Shown: positions 47,782 through 58,532 of the stretch, in pieces
Position numbering within the stretch: the first letter of the stretch is position 1
Layout of the letters: each line of letters starts with the position of its first letter
Assembly (NCBI RefSeq): GCF_002854065.1
Contig: NZ_CP024147.1
Length of the DNA: 64,000 nucleotides
Source of the DNA: Escherichia coli
GTDB lineage: Bacteria; Pseudomonadota; Gammaproteobacteria; Enterobacterales; Enterobacteriaceae
Strand: one strand, 5' to 3'
Made by a program: the position numbers and the translations under genes
Notes under the pieces: model-generated
What the model saw: the letters and a program-made list of their open reading frames with translations, nothing else
The model's database searches: none
Told to the model about the DNA's origin: nothing

Positions 47782-49303
47782 GGCTTATCACGCGCGGCTG
47801 GCGTTCCAGAATACGAGTGTTGCGTGCGGCTTCTTCGCCCAGCCAGGTGGTGTTGGTGCGTGAACCTTCGGCGCGATATTTTTCTAAATCCGACAAACGC
47901 ACCATATAACCGGTAACGCGAACCAGATCGTTACCGCTGACATTGGCGGTAAATTCACGCATTCCGGCTTTAAAGGCACCGAGGCAAAGCTGTACCAGCG
48001 CCTGCGGATTACGTTTGATGGTTTCGTCGAGCGTCAGAATGTCGCTGATGCCGGAATAATAATAAGCATGATGCGGGGCGACAGTTTGCAGATGGGTGAT
48101 CGGATCTGGCTCATCGCCATAGGGTAAACGCGCGCCCGGCGTGGTGCCGATATCGGAACTGATCCCCGACTGTGCGTGTAACATGGCGCGTTTTTGCCAT
48201 CCATATTTCACGGGGGTATTGGCGACAAACTCCGCCAGTTGCGCGCTGATGCGATAACCCACTTCATTTGCGGCGGCTTCTTTACCGTAACGTGCGGCAA
48301 TCCCTTCTTTCTCACACAGCAAGTTAACCGCTTCCGCCAGCCCATACATGCCAAACATTGGCACAAAACGTTCAGGGTTAATCAGCCCTTCTTTCACCAG
48401 GAAGCTATTCTCAAAGAAGTGTGATTGTTGATAGAGGAATTCACACCGCGCATCGATGATGGCGATCTGCTGCTGGCAATAGTGCGGTAGAGTGCGCGTA
48501 AAGAAGTCATCCAGCGATTCGCTGCGCTCGGCAATGGCTTTCAGGTTAAGGCGTACCAGCGTGCTGCCACCACCCGCCAGCGGCAGTGAGTTGTAACAGC
48601 TCACAATCCCGTAGCCCCCTTTTGTGAAAATTTTATCATGCACCGGACCGTTGGCGATGTGCGGTTTGCTACATTCACAGATGTTCTTCGCCACTTCCAG
48701 CAGCAGGTCATCAGGGGTGATTTCAGGATCGTAGATAAAGGTCAGGTTCGGTGAAACCTGCTTCAACTCTGCGTCTGCACGTAAGATCGCGCGGGTAATG
48801 GGCGAATCAGACGGGCCGATATTGGCGTGCATAAAGGCGTCTGGCAGGGTTCTGTCGAGGTAACGCCAGAAACGTTTTATTCGAACATCGATCTCGTCTT
48901 GTGTTAGAATTCTAACATACGGTTGCAACAACGCATCCAGTTGCCCCAGGTAGACCGGCATCGATGTGACCGACGGTACGTGGTGGTAAAGAATGGTCAG
49001 CAGAGAGAGTGCGTCATCAAGATCTTTCGCGCCTTCCAGCTCCAGCCATTCGGAACCGTTCGCCAGAAAACGGGCGTAATCGGGTAAGACATAGCGCGGT
49101 TTGTACGGCGCATGACCTTCAAACATATCGCAGATTACACCCTCATCCAGCGCGCGGCGGGCTTCGGCAGGAAGCTGCGGATAAGGCAGATTGTTTTCTG
49201 CTTCCAGAGCCAGAAAATGGCGCTTCTGCTCCGGGCTAAGCACTGGGCTGGTGACAATTTGCTGGCAACGTTGTTGCAGTGCATTTTCATGAGAAGTGGG
49301 CAT
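47753..49303 (-). CDS. yjjI: YjjI-family glycine-radical-enzyme-like protein
   Basis: Track ORF, 516 aa; overlaps the yjjW start by 29 nt. Confidence 0.85.
   Translation of the reverse strand: MPTSHENALQQRCQQIVTSPVLSPEQKRHFLALEAENNLPYPQLPAEARRALDEGVICDMFEGHAPYKPRYVLPDYARFLANGSEWLELEGAKDLDDALSLLTILYHHVPSVTSMPVYLGQLDALLQPYVRILTQDEIDVRIKRFWRYLDRTLPDAFMHANIGPSDSPITRAILRADAELKQVSPNLTFIYDPEITPDDLLLEVAKNICECSKPHIANGPVHDKIFTKGGYGIVSCYNSLPLAGGGSTLVRLNLKAIAERSESLDDFFTRTLPHYCQQQIAIIDARCEFLYQQSHFFENSFLVKEGLINPERFVPMFGMYGLAEAVNLLCEKEGIAARYGKEAAANEVGYRISAQLAEFVANTPVKYGWQKRAMLHAQSGISSDIGTTPGARLPYGDEPDPITHLQTVAPHHAYYYSGISDILTLDETIKRNPQALVQLCLGAFKAGMREFTANVSGNDLVRVTGYMVRLSDLEKYRAEGSRTNTTWLGEEAARNTRILERQPRVISHEQQMRFSQ
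48623..48638. promoter_or_regulatory. DeoR operator-like site (candidate deoOE), inside the yjjI coding sequence
   Basis: TGTGAAAATTTTATCA, 12 of 16 matches to the DeoR palindrome, 280 bp upstream of the next operator. Confidence 0.45.
48903..48918. promoter_or_regulatory. DeoR operator (deoP1-type), perfect palindrome TGTTAGAATTCTAACA, inside the yjjI coding sequence
   Basis: Exact 16-bp palindrome; 598 bp upstream of the second operator. Confidence 0.65.
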
Positions 49304-49500
49304 CTTCTTTTCCTTTTATGCCGAAGGTGATGCGCCATTGTAAGAAGTTTCGTGATGTTCACTTTGATCCTGATGCGTTTGCCACCACTGACGCATTCAT
49401 TTGAAAGTGAATTATTTGAACCAGATCGCATTACAGTGATGCAAACTTGTAAGTAGATTTCCTTAATTGTGATGTATATCGAAGTGTGTTGCGGAGTAGA

Positions 49501-49516
49501 TGTTAGAATACTAACA
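49501..49516. promoter_or_regulatory. DeoR operator (deoP2-type) TGTTAGAATACTAACA with adjacent CytR/CRP region
   Basis: Palindrome about 45 nt upstream of the deoC ATG, preceded by ttgtgatgtatatcgaagtgtgtt. Confidence 0.65.
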
Positions 49517-49560
49517 AACTCGCAAGGTGAATTTTATTGGCAACAAGCCAGGAGAATGAA

Positions 49561-50340
49561 ATGACTGATCTGAAAGCAAGCAGCCTGCGTGCACTGAAAT
49601 TGATGGACCTGACCACCCTGAATGACGACGACACCGACGAGAAAGTAATTGCTCTGTGTCATCAGGCCAAAACTCCGGTCGGCAATACCGCCGCTATCTG
49701 TATCTATCCTCGCTTTATCCCGATTGCTCGCAAAACGCTGAAAGAGCAGGGCACCCCGGAAATCCGAATCGCTACGGTAACCAACTTCCCACACGGTAAC
49801 GATGACATCGAAATCGCGCTGGCAGAAACCCGTGCGGCAATCGCCTACGGTGCTGATGAAGTTGACGTTGTGTTCCCGTACCGCGCGCTGATGGCGGGTA
49901 ACGAGCAGGTTGGTTTTGACCTGGTGAAAGCCTGTAAAGAGGCTTGCGCGGCAGCGAATGTACTGCTGAAAGTGATCATCGAAACCGGCGAACTGAAAGA
50001 CGAAGCGCTGATCCGTAAAGCGTCTGAAATCTCCATCAAAGCGGGTGCGGACTTCATCAAAACCTCTACCGGTAAAGTGGCTGTGAACGCGACGCCGGAA
50101 AGCGCGCGCATCATGATGGAAGTGATCCGTGATATGGGCGTAGAAAAAACCGTTGGTTTCAAACCAGCGGGCGGCGTGCGTACTGCGGAAGATGCGCAGA
50201 AATATCTCGCCATCGCAGATGAACTGTTCGGTGCTGACTGGGCAGATGCGCGTCACTACCGCTTTGGTGCTTCCAGCCTGCTGGCAAGCCTGTTGAAAGC
50301 GCTGGGCCACGGTGACGGTAAGAGCGCCAGCAGCTACTAA
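49561..50340 (+). CDS. deoC: Deoxyribose-phosphate aldolase
   Basis: Track ORF 49537..50340 trimmed to ATG with AGGAGAA Shine-Dalgarno ([28 protein letters not shown]...), 259 aa. Confidence 0.95.
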
Positions 50341-50352
50341 GTAAGATGCTTT

Positions 50353-50432
50353 ACGCCTGATGCGCTGCGCTTATCAGGCCTACGAAACGTATCTACCCGT
50401 AGGCCGGATAAGGCGTAGACGCATCCGGCAAA
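50353..50432. repeat. REP elements between deoC and deoA
   Basis: gcctgatgcgctgcgcttatcaggcctac and gtaggccggataaggcgtagacgcatccggca. Confidence 0.6.
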
Positions 50433-50466
50433 AGCCGCCTCATACTCTTTTCCTCGGGAGGTTACC

Positions 50467-51789
50467 TTGTTTCTCGCACAAGAAATTATTCGTAAAAAAC
50501 GTGATGGTCATGCGCTGAGCGATGAAGAAATTCGTTTCTTTATCAACGGTATTCGCGACAACACTATCTCCGAAGGGCAGATTGCCGCCCTCGCGATGAC
50601 CATTTTCTTCCACGATATGACAATGCCTGAGCGTGTCTCGCTGACCATGGCGATGCGAGATTCAGGAACCGTTCTCGACTGGAAAAGCCTGCATCTGAAT
50701 GGCCCGATTGTTGATAAACACTCCACCGGCGGCGTCGGCGATGTGACTTCGCTGATGTTGGGGCCGATGGTCGCAGCCTGCGGCGGCTATATTCCGATGA
50801 TCTCCGGTCGCGGCCTCGGTCATACTGGCGGTACGCTCGACAAACTGGAATCCATCCCTGGCTTCGACATTTTCCCGGATGACAACCGTTTCCGCGAAAT
50901 TATTAAAGACGTCGGCGTAGCGATTATCGGCCAGACCAGCTCACTGGCTCCGGCGGATAAACGTTTCTACGCGACCCGTGATATTACCGCAACCGTGGAC
51001 TCCATCCCGCTGATCACTGCCTCGATCCTGGCGAAGAAACTGGCGGAAGGTCTGGATGCGCTGGTGATGGACGTGAAAGTGGGTAGCGGCGCGTTTATGC
51101 CGACCTACGAACTCTCTGAAGCCCTTGCCGAAGCGATTGTTGGCGTGGCTAACGGCGCTGGCGTGCGCACCACCGCGCTGCTCACCGATATGAATCAGGT
51201 ACTGGCCTCCAGTGCAGGTAACGCGGTTGAAGTTCGTGAAGCGGTGCAGTTCCTGACGGGTGAATATCGTAACCCGCGTCTGTTTGATGTCACGATGGCG
51301 CTGTGCGTGGAGATGCTGATCTCCGGCAAACTGGCGAAAGATGACGCCGAAGCGCGCGCGAAATTGCAGGCGGTGCTGGACAACGGTAAAGCGGCAGAAG
51401 TCTTTGGTCGTATGGTAGCGGCACAAAAAGGCCCAACCGACTTCGTTGAGAACTACGCGAAGTATCTGCCGACAGCGATGCTGACGAAAGCAGTCTATGC
51501 TGATACCGAAGGTTTTGTCAGTGAAATGGATACCCGCGCGCTGGGGATGGCAGTGGTTGCAATGGGCGGCGGACGCCGTCAGGCATCTGACACCATCGAT
51601 TACAGCGTCGGCTTTACTGATATGGCACGTCTGGGCGACCAGGTAGACGGTCAGCGTCCGCTGGCGGTTATCCACGCGAAAGACGAAAACAGCTGGCAGG
51701 AAGCGGCGAAAGCGGTGAAAGCGGCAATTAAACTTGCCGATAAAGCACCGGAAAGCACACCAACTGTCTATCGCCGTATCAGCGAATAA
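50467..51789 (+). CDS. deoA: Thymidine phosphorylase
   Basis: Track ORF, 440 aa, TTG start (ttg ttt ctc gca caa gaa), [25 protein letters not shown]... Confidence 0.95.
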
Positions 51790-51819
51790 CGGTATACTGA
51801 TCTGATCATTTAAATTTGA

Positions 51820-53064
<1,245 letters not shown>

Positions 53065-53079
53065 TAATGGGTGCGGCTT

Positions 53080-53120
53080 GATGCCCTCACCCCGGCCCTC
53101 TCCCTCAGGGAGAGGGTGAA
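53080..53120. repeat. GC-rich inverted repeat (ccctctccc-tca-gggagaggg) between deoB and deoD
   Basis: Perfect 9-bp stem at about 53096..53116 within gccctcaccccggccctctccctcagggagagggtgaa. Confidence 0.4.
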
Positions 53121-53143
53121 AACATGTTGATAAGGATAAAACA

Positions 53144-53863
53144 ATGGCTACCCCACACATTAATGCAGAAATGGGCGATTTCGCTGACGTAGTTTTGATG
53201 CCAGGCGACCCGCTGCGTGCGAAGTATATTGCTGAAACTTTCCTTGAAGATGCCCGTGAAGTGAACAACGTTCGCGGTATGCTGGGCTTCACCGGTACTT
53301 ACAAAGGCCGCAAAATTTCCGTAATGGGTCACGGTATGGGTATCCCGTCCTGCTCCATCTACACCAAAGAACTGATCACCGATTTCGGCGTGAAGAAAAT
53401 TATCCGCGTGGGTTCCTGTGGCGCAGTTCTGCCGCACGTAAAACTGCGCGACGTCGTTATCGGTATGGGTGCCTGCACCGATTCCAAAGTTAACCGCATC
53501 CGTTTTAAAGATCATGACTTTGCCGCTATCGCTGACTTTGACATGGTGCGTAACGCGGTAGACGCGGCTAAAGCACTGGGCATTGATGCTCGCGTTGGTA
53601 ACCTGTTCTCCGCTGACCTGTTCTACTCTCCGGACGGCGAAATGTTCGACGTGATGGAAAAATACGGCATCCTCGGCGTGGAAATGGAAGCGGCTGGTAT
53701 CTACGGCGTCGCTGCAGAATTTGGCGCGAAAGCCCTGACCATCTGTACCGTGTCTGACCACATCCGCACTCACGAGCAGACCACTGCCGCTGAGCGTCAG
53801 ACCACCTTCAACGACATGATCAAAATCGCACTGGAATCCGTTCTGCTGGGCGATAAAGAGTAA
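53144..53863 (+). CDS. deoD: Purine nucleoside phosphorylase
   Basis: Track ORF, 239 aa, [33 protein letters not shown]... Confidence 0.95.
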
Positions 53864-53893
53864 TTGTGTTTCGCTGAAAGGCGATTGTCGTGT

Positions 53894-53926
53894 GAAGCCG
53901 GAGTGGGAGACTGCTCCGGCTTTTTA
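53894..53926 (+). terminator. Intrinsic terminator of the deo operon
   Basis: agccggag-tgggagact-gctccggct hairpin followed by ttttt. Confidence 0.7.
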
Positions 53927-53928
53927 GT

Positions 53929-54026
53929 ATCTATTCATCAATAGCAACTGATTTATAGATTTACTATTATTTTTCATATGGATAGAAAATAAAATCTATT
54001 CAAGTATCTATTCACGAATCTATTCA
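53929..54026. repeat. Four copies of ATCTATTCA, three phased at exactly 12 bp, in an AT-rich block
   Basis: Copies at about 53929, 53994, 54006 and 54018 (atctattcaagt / atctattcacga / atctattcattt). Confidence 0.6.
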
Positions 54027-54287
54027 TTTATGTTCAGCCGTCATCCAGGAAGGGCATATCAGCAACTCTGGTGGACAACCATAAATTTCTGCCATTTTGC
54101 TTTTGATGTTTGAGCTAAACCGTTCCGTCTTTTCGATCTATTTTAGAGAATTAATCGAGATACCTAACATTTTACTTACTTCAGCAAGCGATAATTTATG
54201 CCTGATACGCACGGCGGCTAGCCAGGAAATACGCTGGCTTAACATTAAATTGATAATCTCCCGCTCCTGGTTTTCCAGATCGATCAT
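54024..54287 (-). pseudogene. Relic XRE-family HTH reading frame interrupted by an in-frame amber codon, downstream of lplA
   Basis: ATG at 54287 with AAGGAAGGG Shine-Dalgarno: MIDLENQEREIINLMLSQRISWLAAVRIRHKLSLAEVSKMLGISINSLK-TAG(54138..54140)-IEKTERFSSNIKSKMAEIYGCPPELLICPSWMTAEHK*; reading through the TAG gives a complete XRE-type HTH plus helix, with no kinase or other domain following. Confidence 0.5.
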
Positions 54288-54318
54288 ATTCCCTTCCTTT
54301 GGTATTTTAATCAGCGAG

Positions 54319-55335
54319 TTACCTTACCGCCCCCGCTATCCACGTCGACAACTCCCGTAGCTCTTTTTCCTGGTCCGGGAAGTCAACCAACAGCGCTTCG
54401 CACTCTTGTTGCAGCATATCCGCGCGGTACAGGCAGCCTTGCAGTCGCCCGGCGAGGGCTTCCAGCGGCGCGGGGTTGAGGCTGTCGGTAAACACCTGGG
54501 CGCGGGTGATATGGCCTTTTTCAACGTCGAAATGCAGTTCCACGCCGCCCCAGGTAAAGCGTTCATCCAGCAGATGCGAGAATGCCGGAGCCTGACCGAA
54601 GTTCCATTCCCAGCTACTCTGGCGGGCAAAGGTTTCGGCGAAGTTCGGCAAGTCTGGCGTTTTGTCCGGGGAGATGATTTCCGCTTCTACACGCTCGCCA
54701 TAATGAGCGAAAAAGGCCTCGGTTATGGCCTCGCAAACCTGCTCATGGGTGATCCCCGGCAACAGCTCGGTGAGGTTGGTCACGCGGGAACGTACCGACG
54801 TAATGCCTTTCGCCGCCAGTTTCTTTTTATCCGGATTGAGATAGTTTGCCAGGCGACTAAGGTCGGCATTGAGCAGCAAGGTGCCGTGGTGGAAGCCACG
54901 ATCTTTGGTTTCGCGATAGGCCGATCCTGAGACTTTGCGGTCGCCTTCGGCGGTTTTCACCACCAGATCGTTACGCCCGGACGCTTCGGCGCTGACGCCA
55001 AGCGCGTTCAGCGCATTGAGCACAATCGACGTGGAGATGGTTTTATCGTACTCCGGCTTGCCAGCCATAAAGGTAAAGCAGGTATTGCCGAGATCGTGGA
55101 ACACCGCGCCGCCACCGCTACTGCGCCGTGCCAGGCGGACGTTATCTTCTTCCATCCGCCGGGTATTACACTCTTTCCACGGGTTCTGCGCGCGACCAAT
55201 CACTACCGTGTCGGCATTGCGCCAGAGAAACAGAACGCGCTGCGTGGCGGGCATCTGGCGAAAAATACACTCCTCCACCGCCAGGTTAAACCACGGGTCG
55301 TAAGAGTCAGAGATGAGCAGGCGTAATGTGGACAT
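54319..55335 (-). CDS. lplA: Lipoate-protein ligase A
   Basis: Track ORF, 338 aa, [28 protein letters not shown]... Confidence 0.95.
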   Translation of the reverse strand: MSTLRLLISDSYDPWFNLAVEECIFRQMPATQRVLFLWRNADTVVIGRAQNPWKECNTRRMEEDNVRLARRSSGGGAVFHDLGNTCFTFMAGKPEYDKTISTSIVLNALNALGVSAEASGRNDLVVKTAEGDRKVSGSAYRETKDRGFHHGTLLLNADLSRLANYLNPDKKKLAAKGITSVRSRVTNLTELLPGITHEQVCEAITEAFFAHYGERVEAEIISPDKTPDLPNFAETFARQSSWEWNFGQAPAFSHLLDERFTWGGVELHFDVEKGHITRAQVFTDSLNPAPLEALAGRLQGCLYRADMLQQECEALLVDFPDQEKELRELSTWIAGAVR

Positions 55336-55362
55336 AACGATTTCCTTTCTTGTAGTAATGGG

Positions 55363-56007
55363 TCACTCTTTTTTCTCGCTTTCTTCCTCTTCCGGCACCG
55401 GTTTGCTGGCGGTTAACAGGAAGGGCGATTGCTGCCAGCGGGTACGTTTACCCTGTAGCAGCGTGCGGGTCAGCACTACGCCGATTGCCAGTGAAAGCAG
55501 CAACATCAGGCGTAAAATGTTAGTGGTGTTATCCACCTGTTGGGCTTCGGTGGCGAGCGTATGGGTGTCGAGCGTCAGGCGCAGATAGCCGAGCGGTCCG
55601 TTTTTCCCGGCAATTGGTTCGACAATCTGCTGGTTAAAATAGCCGCCCGCTTTTTTACCGTCGAGCGCCAGCCGGTCGCGCACTTCGACGCTTTCGCCAG
55701 AACGTGCGATAAGATCGCCTTGTTCGTCATACACGCCCGCGTCGAGGATACGGCTTTCATCCGTTAACTGATCAAGGATCGCCTGAATGCGTTTTTCATC
55801 CGGTGAGTCGGTACGCATCAGCGGTGCAACGTTCAGCGTTACCTGACGCGCCAGGGTGCGGGCCAGTTCTTCCAGCTGTGGATTACGTTGTCGCTGGTGG
55901 TTTTGACTAAACCATGACGCTCCCTGCATCAGCGCCACTAACAAGGCAAGACAGAACAGGACAATCACTGCCCGATGCAGCCGGAATTTCAGTTTTGTGC
56001 GAGCCAT
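55363..56007 (-). CDS. ytjB: Membrane protein YtjB (Smp)
   Basis: Track ORF, 214 aa, N-terminal TM segment, acidic C-terminus. Confidence 0.85.
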   Translation of the reverse strand: MARTKLKFRLHRAVIVLFCLALLVALMQGASWFSQNHQRQRNPQLEELARTLARQVTLNVAPLMRTDSPDEKRIQAILDQLTDESRILDAGVYDEQGDLIARSGESVEVRDRLALDGKKAGGYFNQQIVEPIAGKNGPLGYLRLTLDTHTLATEAQQVDNTTNILRLMLLLSLAIGVVLTRTLLQGKRTRWQQSPFLLTASKPVPEEEESEKKE

Positions 56008-56112
56008 CTTCCACCCTTTGAAAATTTGAGACTTAATGTTGCCAGAAGCAATGGATACAAGGTAGCCTCATGCGTTATTTTCCCTGCTTCGAACGATTTT
56101 ACAGGAGCCTTA

Positions 56113-57081
56113 ATGCCTAACATTACCTGGTGCGACCTGCCTGAAGATGTCTCTTTATGGCCGGGTCTGCCTCTTTCATTAAGTGGTGATGAAGTGATGC
56201 CACTGGATTACCACGCAGGTCGTAGCGGCTGGCTGCTGTATGGTCGTGGGCTGGATAAACAACGCCTGACCCAATACCAGAGCAAACTGGGCGCGGCGAT
56301 GGTGATTGTTGCCGCCTGGTGCGTGGAAGATTATCAGGTGATTCGTCTGGCAGGTTCACTCACCGCGCGCGCTACGCGCCTGGCCCATGAAGCGCAACTG
56401 GATGTCGCGCCGCTGGGGAAAATCCCGCACCTGCGCACGCCGGGTTTGCTGGTGATGGACATGGATTCCACCGCCATCCAGATTGAATGTATTGATGAAA
56501 TTGCCAAACTGGCCGGAACGGGCGAGATGGTGGCGGAGGTAACCGAACGGGCGATGCGCGGCGAACTCGATTTTACCGCCAGCCTGCGCAGCCGCGTGGC
56601 GACGCTGAAAGGCGCTGATGCCAATATTCTGCAACAGGTGCGTGAAAATCTGCCGCTGATGCCAGGCTTAACGCAGCTGGTGCTCAAGCTGGAAACGCTG
56701 GGCTGGAAAGTGGCGATTGCCTCCGGCGGCTTTACTTTCTTTGCTGAATACCTGCGCGACAAGCTGCGCCTGACCGCCGTGGTAGCCAATGAACTGGAGA
56801 TCATGGACGGTAAATTTACCGGCAATGTGATCGGCGACATCGTTGACGCGCAGTACAAAGCGAAAACTCTGACCCGCCTCGCGCAGGAGTATGAAATCCC
56901 GCTGGCGCAGACCGTGGCGATTGGCGATGGAGCCAATGACCTGCCGATGATCAAAGCGGCAGGGCTGGGGATTGCCTACCATGCCAAGCCAAAAGTGAAT
57001 GAAAAGACGGAAGTCACCATCCGTCACGCTGACCTGATGGGGGTATTCTGCATCCTCTCTGGCAGCCTGAATCAGAAGTAA
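56113..57081 (+). CDS. serB: Phosphoserine phosphatase
   Basis: Track ORF 55975..57081 trimmed to MPNITWCDLPEDVSLWPG..., 322 aa, HAD motif DMDSTAI. Confidence 0.9.
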   Translation: MPNITWCDLPEDVSLWPGLPLSLSGDEVMPLDYHAGRSGWLLYGRGLDKQRLTQYQSKLGAAMVIVAAWCVEDYQVIRLAGSLTARATRLAHEAQLDVAPLGKIPHLRTPGLLVMDMDSTAIQIECIDEIAKLAGTGEMVAEVTERAMRGELDFTASLRSRVATLKGADANILQQVRENLPLMPGLTQLVLKLETLGWKVAIASGGFTFFAEYLRDKLRLTAVVANELEIMDGKFTGNVIGDIVDAQYKAKTLTRLAQEYEIPLAQTVAIGDGANDLPMIKAAGLGIAYHAKPKVNEKTEVTIRHADLMGVFCILSGSLNQK

Positions 57082-57129
57082 TTGCCTGCCCGTCATCCTG
57101 CGGGCGGCACAGCATTAACGAGGTACACC

Positions 57130-58512
57130 GTGGCAAAAGCTCCAAAACGCGCCTTTGTTTGTAATGAATGCGGGGCCGATTATCCGCGCTGGCAGGGGCA
57201 GTGCAGTGCCTGTCATGCCTGGAACACCATCACCGAGGTGCGTCTTGCTGCGTCGCCAACGGTGGCGCGTAACGAGCGTCTCAGTGGCTATGCCGGTAGC
57301 GCCGGGGTGGCAAAAGTCCAGAAACTCTCCGACATCAGCCTTGAAGAGCTGCCGCGTTTTTCCACCGGATTTAAAGAGTTCGACCGCGTATTAGGCGGCG
57401 GCGTGGTACCGGGAAGTGCCATTCTGATTGGCGGTAACCCAGGCGCGGGGAAATCCACGCTGTTGCTGCAAACGCTGTGCAAACTGGCCCAGCAGATGAA
57501 AACGCTGTATGTCACCGGCGAAGAGTCGCTGCAACAGGTGGCAATGCGCGCTCATCGCCTTGGCCTGCCGACTGACAATCTCAATATGTTGTCGGAAACC
57601 AGCATCGAGCAGATCTGCCTGATTGCCGAAGAAGAGCAACCGAAGCTGATGGTAATTGACTCCATCCAGGTGATGCATATGGCGGATGTACAGTCATCGC
57701 CTGGTAGCGTGGCGCAGGTGCGTGAAACGGCGGCTTATTTGACACGCTTCGCCAAAACGCGCGGTGTGGCGATTGTCATGGTGGGGCACGTAACCAAAGA
57801 TGGCTCGCTGGCTGGCCCGAAAGTGCTGGAACACTGTATCGACTGTTCGGTGCTTCTGGATGGCGATGCCGACTCCCGTTTTCGCACCTTACGCAGCCAT
57901 AAAAACCGCTTCGGCGCGGTGAATGAGCTGGGCGTCTTCGCGATGACCGAACAGGGGCTGCGTGAAGTCAGCAACCCTTCCGCCATCTTTTTAAGCCGTG
58001 GCGATGAAGTGACCTCTGGTAGTTCAGTGATGGTGGTATGGGAAGGAACACGTCCGTTGCTGGTGGAGATCCAGGCGCTGGTCGATCACTCGATGATGGC
58101 GAATCCGCGCCGCGTGGCGGTAGGTCTGGAGCAAAACCGTCTGGCGATCCTGCTGGCTGTCTTGCACCGTCACGGTGGTCTGCAAATGGCCGATCAGGAT
58201 GTGTTTGTGAACGTGGTCGGCGGCGTGAAGGTAACGGAAACCAGCGCCGACTTAGCGTTACTGCTGGCGATGGTTTCCAGCCTGCGTGACAGACCGCTGC
58301 CACAGGATCTGGTGGTGTTTGGTGAAGTCGGGCTGGCAGGGGAGATCCGCCCGGTGCCCAGCGGTCAGGAACGAATCTCTGAAGCGGCGAAACACGGTTT
58401 TCGCCGGGCGATTGTTCCGGCGGCTAACGTACCGAAAAAAGCGCCGGAAGGGATGCAGATTTTTGGCGTTAAAAAACTCTCCGACGCGCTTAGCGTGTTC
58501 GACGACTTATAA
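57130..58512 (+). CDS. radA: DNA repair protein RadA (Sms)
   Basis: Track ORF 57082..58512 trimmed to the GTG start (MAKAPKRAFVCNECGADYPRWQGQCSAC zinc finger), 460 aa, Walker A GNPGAGKST. Confidence 0.9.
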   Translation: MAKAPKRAFVCNECGADYPRWQGQCSACHAWNTITEVRLAASPTVARNERLSGYAGSAGVAKVQKLSDISLEELPRFSTGFKEFDRVLGGGVVPGSAILIGGNPGAGKSTLLLQTLCKLAQQMKTLYVTGEESLQQVAMRAHRLGLPTDNLNMLSETSIEQICLIAEEEQPKLMVIDSIQVMHMADVQSSPGSVAQVRETAAYLTRFAKTRGVAIVMVGHVTKDGSLAGPKVLEHCIDCSVLLDGDADSRFRTLRSHKNRFGAVNELGVFAMTEQGLREVSNPSAIFLSRGDEVTSGSSVMVVWEGTRPLLVEIQALVDHSMMANPRRVAVGLEQNRLAILLAVLHRHGGLQMADQDVFVNVVGGVKVTETSADLALLLAMVSSLRDRPLPQDLVVFGEVGLAGEIRPVPSGQERISEAAKHGFRRAIVPAANVPKKAPEGMQIFGVKKLSDALSVFDDL

Positions 58513-58532
58513 TGAGAGATACGGAGGGAGAT

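Noticed and set aside
49534-50310. 258-aa minus-strand ORF opposite deoC
   Set aside because: Antisense shadow of deoC.
53864-54318. Possibility that an intact HipA-like yjjJ gene is present
   Set aside because: The deoD–lplA gap is only 455 bp and contains no ORF longer than about 87 codons; no kinase-like sequence is present.
54097-54360. 87-aa plus-strand ORF in the deoD–lplA gap
   Set aside because: Antisense to the better-supported HTH relic frame and overlapping the lplA 3' end; hydrophobic low-complexity translation with no Shine-Dalgarno.
56334-56954. 206-aa minus-strand ORF opposite serB
   Set aside because: Antisense shadow of serB.
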